Below the pieces are notes generated by a model. It had not been told where the DNA came from. It saw only the letters and a program-made list of their open reading frames with translations, and did not search any database. Shown here piece after piece: positions 55,160 to 64,000 of a stretch of DNA of 64,000 bases. This DNA is from Auanema rhodensis (Eukaryota > Animalia > Nematoda): contig OZ059897.1 in assembly GCA_964057225.1 (NCBI GenBank), forward strand, positions 1,798,001 to 1,862,000. The letters are read 5' to 3'. Both the position numbers and the translations under genes were made by a program. The first letter of the stretch is position 1. Every line of letters begins with the position of its first letter.

Positions 55160-57200
55160 GAACTTATATCAGTTGATATCTCGGTGCATTTTTAAGCTAG
55201 CGCAAATCTGATAACACAGATCGACGCAGCTTAAAAATCCGCATCGAATGCACTATACTACATTGAGAAACGCTCTATACAAAAATTAGTTATGATCGTT
55301 TGAAAAATAATGCATTAGTGTATGTTGAGTTCCCATGTACACTCAACATTGCTTCCAAAAACATTTTGACAAAAATTTTCCCGAAAAATTTCTAAATAAT
55401 TTCACAAAAAGTAGATGTTTTTAGATTCCTTTTTTCAAGGCAAAGACGATAGACAATGTTATTCAACGAAAAAATTAGTTCTTCAGGGTGAAAATCGAGG
55501 ATATAAGTGTGAACTTATATCAGTTGATATCTCGGTGCATTTTTAAGCTAGCGCAAATCTGATAACACAGATCGACGCAGCTTAAAAATCCGCATCGAAT
55601 GCACTATACTACATTGAGAAACGCTCTATACAAAAATTAGTTATGATCGTTTGAAAAATAATGCATTAGTGTATGTTGAGTTCCCATGTACAATCAACAT
55701 TGCTTCCAAAAACATTTTGACAAAAATTTTCCCGAAAAATTTCTAAATAATTTCACAAAAAGTAGATGTTTTTAGATTCCTTTTTTCAAGGCAAAGACGA
55801 TAGACAATGTTATTCAACGAAAAAATTAGTTCTTCAGGGTGAAAATCGAGGATATAAGTGTGAACTTATATCAGTTGATATCTCGGTGCATTTTTAAGCT
55901 AGCGCAAATCTGATAACACAGATCGACGCAGCTTAAAAATCCGCATCGAATGCACTATACTACATTGAGAAACGCTCTATACAAAAATTAGTTATGATCG
56001 TTTGAAAAATAATGCATTAGTGTATGTTGAGTTCCCATGTACACTCAACATTGCTTCCAAAAACATTTTGACAAAAATTTTCCCGAAAAATTTCTAAATA
56101 ATTTCACAAAAAGTAGATGTTTTTAGATTCCTTTTTTCAAGGCAAAGACGATAGACAATGTTATTCAACGAAAAAATTAGTTCTTCAGGGTGAAAATCGA
56201 GGATATAAGTGTGAACTTATATCAGTTGATATCTCGGTGCATTTTTAAGCTAGCGCAAATCTGATAACACAGATCGACGCAGCTTAAAAATCCGCATCGA
56301 ATGCACTATACTACATTGAGAAACGCTCTATACAAAAATTAGTTATGATCGTTTGAAAAATAATGCATTAGTGTATGTTGAGTTCCCATGTACACTCAAC
56401 ATTGCTTCCAAAAACATTTTGACAAAAATTTTCCCGAAAAATTTCTAAATAATTTCACAAAAAGTAGATGTTTTTAGATTCCTTTTTTCAAGGCAAAGAC
56501 GATAGACAATGTTATTCAACGAAAAAATTAGTTCTTCAGGGTGAAAATCGAGGATATAAGTGTGAACTTATATCAGTTGATATCTCGGTGCATTTTTAAG
56601 CTAGCGCAAATCTGATAACACAGATCGACGCAGCTTAAAAATCCGCATCGAATGCACTATACTACATTGAGAAACGCTCTATACAAAAATTAGTTATGAT
56701 CGTTTGAAAAATAATGCATTAGTGTATGTTGAGTTCCCATGTACACTCAACATTGCTTCCAAAAACATTTTGACAAAAATTTTCCCGAAAAATTTCTAAA
56801 TAATTTCACAAAAAGTAGATGTTTTTAGATTCCTTTTTTCAAGGCAAAGACGATAGACAATGTTATTCAACGAAAAAATTAGTTCTTCAGGGTGAAAATC
56901 GAGGATATAAGTGTGAACTTATATCAGTTGATATCTCGGTGCATTTTTAAGCTAGCGCAAATCTGATAACACAGATCGACGCAGCTTAAAAATCCGCATC
57001 GAATGCACTATACTACATTGAGAAACGCTCTATACAAAAATTAGTTATGATCGTTTGAAAAATAATGCATTAGTGTATGTTGAGTTCCCATGTACACTCA
57101 ACATTGCTTCCAAAAACATTTTGACAAAAATTTTCCCGAAAAATTTCTAAATAATTTCACAAAAAGTAGATGTTTTTAGATTCCTTTTTTCAAGGCAAAG
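55160..57200. repeat. Second run of about 6 near-identical monomers of the same haplotype
   Basis: Same gatagac/ttagttc haplotype. One SNP seen (gtacaatcaac at about 55693). Confidence 0.85.
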
Positions 57201-60200
57201 ACGATGGACAATGTTATTCAACGAAAAAATTAATTCTTCAGGGTGAAAATCGAGGATATAAGTGTGAACTTATATCAGTTGATATCTCGGTGCATTTTTA
57301 AGCTAGTGCAAATCTGATAACACAGATCGACGCAGCTTAAAAATCCGCATCGAATGCACTATACCACATTGAGAAACGCTTAATACAAAATTTAGTTATG
57401 ATAGTTTGAAAAATAATGCATTAGTGTATGCTGAGTTCCCATGTACACTCAACATTGCTTCCAAAAACATTGTGACAAAAATTTTCCCGAAAAATTTCTA
57501 AATAATTTCACAAAAAGTAGATGTTTTTAGATTCCTTTTTTCAAGGCAAAGACGATGGACAATGTTATTCAACGAAAAAATTAATTCTTCAGGGTGAAAA
57601 TCGAGGATATAAGTGTGAACATATATCAGTTGATATCTCAGTGCATTTTTAAGCTAACTCAAATCTGATAACACAGATCGACGCAGCTTAAAAATCCGCA
57701 TCGAATGCACTATACTACATTGAGAAACGCTCTATACAAAAATTAGTTATGATCGTTTGAAAAATAATGCATTAGTGTATGTTGAGTTCCCATGTACACT
57801 CAACATTGCTTCCAAAAACATTTTGACAAAAATTTTCCCGAAAAATTTCTAATTAATTTCACAAAAAGTAGATGTTTTTAGATTCCTTTTTTCAAGACGA
57901 ATACGATGGACAATGTTTTTCAACGAAAAAATCATTTCTTCAGGGTGAAAATCGAGGATATAAGTGTGAACATATATCAGTTGATATCTCGGTGCATTTT
58001 TAAGTTAACTCAAATCTGATAACACAGATCAACGCAGCTTAAAAATCCGCATCGAATGCACTATACTACATTGAGAAACGCTCTATACAAAAATTAGTTA
58101 TGATCGTTTGAAAAATAATGCATTAGTGTATGCTGAGTTCCCATGTACACTCAACATTGCTTCCAAAAACATTGTGACAAAAATTTTCCCGAAAAATTTC
58201 TAAATAATTTCACAAAAAGTAGATGTTTTTAGATTCCTTTTTTCAAGGCAAAGACGATGGACAATGTTATTCAACGAAAAAATTAATTCTTCAGGGTGAA
58301 AATCGAGGATATAAGTGTGAACTTATATCAGTTGATATCTCGGTGCATTTTTAAGCTAGTGCAAATCTGATAACACAGATCGACGCAGCTTAAAAATCCG
58401 CATCGAATGCACTATACCACATTGAGAAACGCTTAATACAAAATTTAGTTATGATAGTTTGAAAAATAATGCATTAGTGTATGCTGAGTTCCCATGTACA
58501 CTTAACATTGCTTCCAAAAACATTGTGACAAAAATTTTCCCGAAAAATTTCTAAATAATTTCACAAAAAGTAGATGTTTTTAGATTCCTTTTTTCAAGAC
58601 GAATACGATGGACAATGTTTTTCAACGAAAAAATCATTTCTTCAGGGTGAAAATTGAGGATATAAGTGTGAACATATATCAGTTGATATCTCAGTGCATT
58701 TTTAAGCTAACTCAAATCTGATAACACAGATCGACGCAGCTTAAAAATCCGCATCGAATGCACTATACTACATTGAGAAACGCTCTATACAAAAATTAGT
58801 TATGATCGTTTGAAAAATAATGCATTAGTGTATGCTGAGTTCCCATGTACACTCAACATTGCTTCCAAAAACATTTTGACAAAAATTTTCCCGAAAAATT
58901 TCTGAATAATTTCACAAAAAGTGAATGTTTTTAGATTCCTTTTTTCAAGGCGAAGACGATGGACATTGTTATTCAACGAAAAAATTAATTCTTCAGGGTG
59001 AAAATCGAGGATATAAGTGTGAACCTATATCAGTTGATATCTCGGTGCATTTTTAAGCTAACTCAAATCGGATAACACAGATCGACGCAGCTTAAAAATC
59101 CGCATCGAATGCATTATACTACATTGAGAAACGCTCTATACAAAAATTAGTTATGATCGTTTGAAAAAAAATTGCATTAGTGTGTGTTGAGTTCCCATGT
59201 ACACTTAACATTGCTTCCAAAAACATTGTGACAAAAATTTTCCCGAAAAATTTCTAAATAATTTCACAAAAAGTAGATGTTTTTAGATTTCTTTTTTCAA
59301 GGCAAAGACGATGGACAATGTTATTCAACGAAAAAATTAATTCTTCAGGGTGAAAATCGAGGATATAAGTGTGAACCTATATCAGTTGATATCTCGGTGC
59401 ATTTTTAAGCTAGCGCAAATCTGATAACACAGATCAACGCAGCTTAAAAATCCGCATCGAATGCACTATACTACAATGAGAAACGCTCTATACAAAAATT
59501 AGTTATGATCGTTTGAAAAATAATGCATTAGTGTATGTTGAGTTCCCATGTACACTCAACATTGCTTCCAAAAACATTTTGACAAAAATTTTCCCGAAAA
59601 ATTTCTAGATAATTTCACAAAAAGTAGATGTTTTTAGATTCCTTTTTTCAAGACAAATACGATGGACAATGTTTTTTAACGAAAAAATCATTTCTTCAGG
59701 GTGAAAATCGAGGATATAAGTGTGAACATATATCAGTTGATATCTCGGTGCATTTTTAAGCTAACTCAAATCTGATAACACAGATCGACGCAGCTTAAAA
59801 ATCCGCATCGAATGCACTATACTACATTGAGAAACGCTCTATACAAAAATTAGTTATGATCGTTTGAAAAATAATGCATTAGTGTATGCTGAGTTCCCAT
59901 GTACACTCAACATTGCTTCCAAAAACATTTTGACAAAAATTTTCCCGAAAAATTTCTAAATAATTTCACAAAAAGTAGATGTTTTTAGATTCCTTTTTTC
60001 AAGACGAATACGATGGACAATGTTTTTCAACGAAAAAATCATTTCTTCAGGGTGAAAATCGAGGATATAAGTGTGAACTTATATCAGTTGATATCTCGGT
60101 GCATTTTTAAGCTAGCGCAAATCTGATAACACAGATCGACGCAGCTTAAAAATCCGCATCGAATGCACTATACTACATTGAGAAACGCTCTATACAAAAA

Positions 60201-63200
60201 TTAGTTATGATCGTTTGAAAAATAATGCATTAGTGTATGTTGAGTTCCCATGTACACTCAACATTGCTTCCAAAAACATTTTGACAAAAATTTTCCCGAA
60301 AAATTTCTAATTAATTTCACAAAAAGTAGATGTTTTTAGATTCCTTTTTTCAAGACGAATACGATGGACAATGTTTTTCAACGAAAAAATCATTTCTTCA
60401 GGGTGAAAATCGAGGATATAAGTGTGAACATATATCAGTTGATATCTCGGTGCATTTTTAAGTTAACTCAAATCTGATAACACAGATCAACGCAGCTTAA
60501 AAATCCGCATCGAATGCACTATACTACATTGAGAAACGCTCTATACAAAAATTAGTTATGATCGTTTGAAAAATAATGCATTAGTGTATGCTGAGTTCCC
60601 ATGTACACTCAACATTGCTTCCAAAAACATTGTGACAAAAATTTTCCCGAAAAATTTCTAAATAATTTCACAAAAAGTAGATGTTTTTAGATTCCTTTTT
60701 TCAAGGCAAAGACGATGGACAATGTTATTCAACGAAAAAATTAATTCTTCAGGGTGAAAATCGAGGATATAAGTGTGAACTTATATCAGTTGATATCTCG
60801 GTGCATTTTTAAGCTAGTGCAAATCTGATAACACAGATCGACGCAGCTTAAAAATCCGCATCGAATGCACTATACCACATTGAGAAACGCTTAATACAAA
60901 ATTTAGTTATGATAGTTTGAAAAATAATGCATTAGTGTATGCTGAGTTCCCATGTACACTCAACATTGCTTCCAAAAACATTGTGACAAAAATTTTCCCG
61001 AAAAATTTCTAAATAATTTCACAAAAAGTAGATGTTTTTAGATTCCTTTTTTCAAGGCAAAGACGATGGACAATGTTATTCAACGAAAAAATTAATTCTT
61101 CAGGGTGAAAATCGAGGATATAAGTGTGAACATATATCAGTTGATATCTCAGTGCATTTTTAAGCTAACTCAAATCTGATAACACAGATCGACGCAGCTT
61201 AAAAATCCGCATCGAATGCACTATACTACATTGAGAAACGCTCTATACAAAAATTAGTTATGATCGTTTGAAAAATAATGCATTAGTGTATGTTGAGTTC
61301 CCATGTACACTCAACATTGCTTCCAAAAACATTTTGACAAAAATTTTCCCGAAAAATTTCTAATTAATTTCACAAAAAGTAGATGTTTTTAGATTCCTTT
61401 TTTCAAGACGAATACGATGGACAATGTTTTTCAACGAAAAAATCATTTCTTCAGGGTGAAAATCGAGGATATAAGTGTGAACATATATCAGTTGATATCT
61501 CGGTGCATTTTTAAGTTAACTCAAATCTGATAACACAGATCAACGCAGCTTAAAAATCCGCATCGAATGCACTATACTACATTGAGAAACGCTCTATACA
61601 AAAATTAGTTATGATCGTTTGAAAAATAATGCATTAGTGTATGCTGAGTTCCCATGTACACTCAACATTGCTTCCAAAAACATTGTGACAAAAATTTTCC
61701 CGAAAAATTTCTAAATAATTTCACAAAAAGTAGATGTTTTTAGATTCCTTTTTTCAAGGCAAAGACGATGGACAATGTTATTCAACGAAAAAATTAATTC
61801 TTCAGGGTGAAAATCGAGGATATAAGTGTGAACTTATATCAGTTGATATCTCGGTGCATTTTTAAGCTAGTGCAAATCTGATAACACAGATCGACGCAGC
61901 TTAAAAATCCGCATCGAATGCACTATACCACATTGAGAAACGCTTAATACAAAATTTAGTTATGATAGTTTGAAAAATAATGCATTAGTGTATGCTGAGT
62001 TCCCATGTACACTTAACATTGCTTCCAAAAACATTGTGACAAAAATTTTCCCGAAAAATTTCTAAATAATTTCACAAAAAGTAGATGTTTTTAGATTCCT
62101 TTTTTCAAGACGAATACGATGGACAATGTTTTTCAACGAAAAAATCATTTCTTCAGGGTGAAAATTGAGGATATAAGTGTGAACATATATCAGTTGATAT
62201 CTCAGTGCATTTTTAAGCTAACTCAAATCTGATAACACAGATCGACGCAGCTTAAAAATCCGCATCGAATGCACTATACTACATTGAGAAACGCTCTATA
62301 CAAAAATTAGTTATGATCGTTTGAAAAATAATGCATTAGTGTATGCTGAGTTCCCATGTACACTCAACATTGCTTCCAAAAACATTTTGACAAAAATTTT
62401 CCCGAAAAATTTCTGAATAATTTCACAAAAAGTGAATGTTTTTAGATTCCTTTTTTCAAGGCGAAGACGATGGACATTGTTATTCAACGAAAAAATTAAT
62501 TCTTCAGGGTGAAAATCGAGGATATAAGTGTGAACCTATATCAGTTGATATCTCGGTGCATTTTTAAGCTAACTCAAATCGGATAACACAGATCGACGCA
62601 GCTTAAAAATCCGCATCGAATGCATTATACTACATTGAGAAACGCTCTATACAAAAATTAGTTATGATCGTTTGAAAAAAAATTGCATTAGTGTGTGTTG
62701 AGTTCCCATGTACACTTAACATTGCTTCCAAAAACATTGTGACAAAAATTTTCCCGAAAAATTTCTAAATAATTTCACAAAAAGTAGATGTTTTTAGATT
62801 TCTTTTTTCAAGGCAAAGACGATGGACAATGTTATTCAACGAAAAAATTAATTCTTCAGGGTGAAAATCGAGGATATAAGTGTGAACCTATATCAGTTGA
62901 TATCTCGGTGCATTTTTAAGCTAGCGCAAATCTGATAACACAGATCAACGCAGCTTAAAAATCCGCATCGAATGCACTATACTACAATGAGAAACGCTCT
63001 ATACAAAAATTAGTTATGATCGTTTGAAAAATAATGCATTAGTGTATGTTGAGTTCCCATGTACACTCAACATTGCTTCCAAAAACATTTTGACAAAAAT
63101 TTTCCCGAAAAATTTCTAGATAATTTCACAAAAAGTAGATGTTTTTAGATTCCTTTTTTCAAGACAAATACGATGGACAATGTTTTTTAACGAAAAAATC

Positions 63201-63650
63201 ATTTCTTCAGGGTGAAAATCGAGGATATAAGTGTGAACATATATCAGTTGATATCTCGGTGCATTTTTAAGCTAACTCAAATCTGATAACACAGATCGAC
63301 GCAGCTTAAAAATCCGCATCGAATGCACTATACTACATTGAGAAACGCTCTATACAAAAATTAGTTATGATCGTTTGAAAAATAATGCATTAGTGTATGC
63401 TGAGTTCCCATGTACACTCAACATTGCTTCCAAAAACATTTTGACAAAAATTTTCCCGAAAAATTTCTAAATAATTTCACAAAAAGTAGATGTTTTTAGA
63501 TTCCTTTTTTCAAGACGAATACGATGGACAATGTTTTTCAACGAAAAAATCATTTCTTCAGGGTGAAAATCGAGGATATAAGTGTGAACTTATATCAGTT
63601 GATATCTCGGTGCATTTTTAAGCTAGCGCAAATCTGATAACACAGATCAA
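57125..63650. repeat. 10-mer (3511 bp) near-complete tandem duplication
   Basis: aaatcggata at about 59066 and 62577, the +1 variant gaaaaaaaattgc at about 59163 and 62674, and agacaaatac at 59651 and 63162 are all 3511 apart. Confidence 0.9.
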
Positions 63651-64000
63651 CGCAGCTTAAAAATCCGCATCGAATGCACTATACTACAATGAGAAACGCT
63701 CTATACAAAAATTAGTTATGATCGTTTGAAAAATAATGCATTAGTGTATGTTGAGTTCCCATGTACACTCAACATTGCTTCCAAAAACATTTTGACAAAA
63801 ATTTTCCCGAAAAATTTCTAAATAATTTCACAAAAAGTAGATGTTTTTAGATTCCTTTTTTCAAGGCGAAGACGATAGACAATGTTATTCAACGAAAAAA
63901 TTAGTTCTTCAGGGTGAAAATCGAGGATATAAGTGTGAACTTATATCAGTTGATATCTCGGTGCATTTTTAAGCTAGCGCAAATCTGATAACACAGATCG

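Larger units (their letters stand above)
1..64000. repeat. Tandem satellite DNA array, 351-bp monomer, about 182 head-to-tail copies, running off both window ends
   Basis: tgttattcaacgaaaaaa recurs at 1, 352, 703 and onward; lines 7021, 14041, 21061 and 28081 (every 20 x 351) start in the same phase. The last monomer starts at 63883 = 1 + 182 x 351. Copies differ only by scattered substitutions. Confidence 0.99.

Noticed and set aside
1-64000. CRISPR array or prokaryotic repeat system
   Set aside because: There are no unique spacers; the entire 351 bp repeats, and no cas or other genes are present.

Overview
The whole 64-kb window is one uninterrupted head-to-tail satellite DNA array. It holds about 182.3 copies of a 351-bp monomer that is about 32% GC (114/351 counted in copy 1). 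I see no genes, RNA genes, transposon insertions, inversions or unique sequence, and the listed ORFs are by-products of monomer variants. The structure of interest lies at two scales. (1) Inside the monomer there is a chain of dyad/stem-loop elements (monomer positions 44-65, 76-142, 203-212, 217-244, 252-317), closely spaced A/T tracts, no CpG depletion, and traces of an older ~183+168-bp dimer. (2) Across the array, diagnostic SNP haplotypes define a series of local higher-order repeats (HORs) whose period changes: 10-mer with nested 6-mer and 2-mer duplications, 7-mer, 4-mer, a second 7-mer, 6-mer, runs of identical monomers, then a 10-mer. Variants turn over from left to right, monomers at junctions are chimeric, and length is almost perfectly conserved (four 1-bp indels noticed, net zero). 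This fits a eukaryotic (peri)centromeric or heterochromatic satellite. Species and function cannot be assigned from the sequence alone. All positions were read by eye, so boundaries are approximate.
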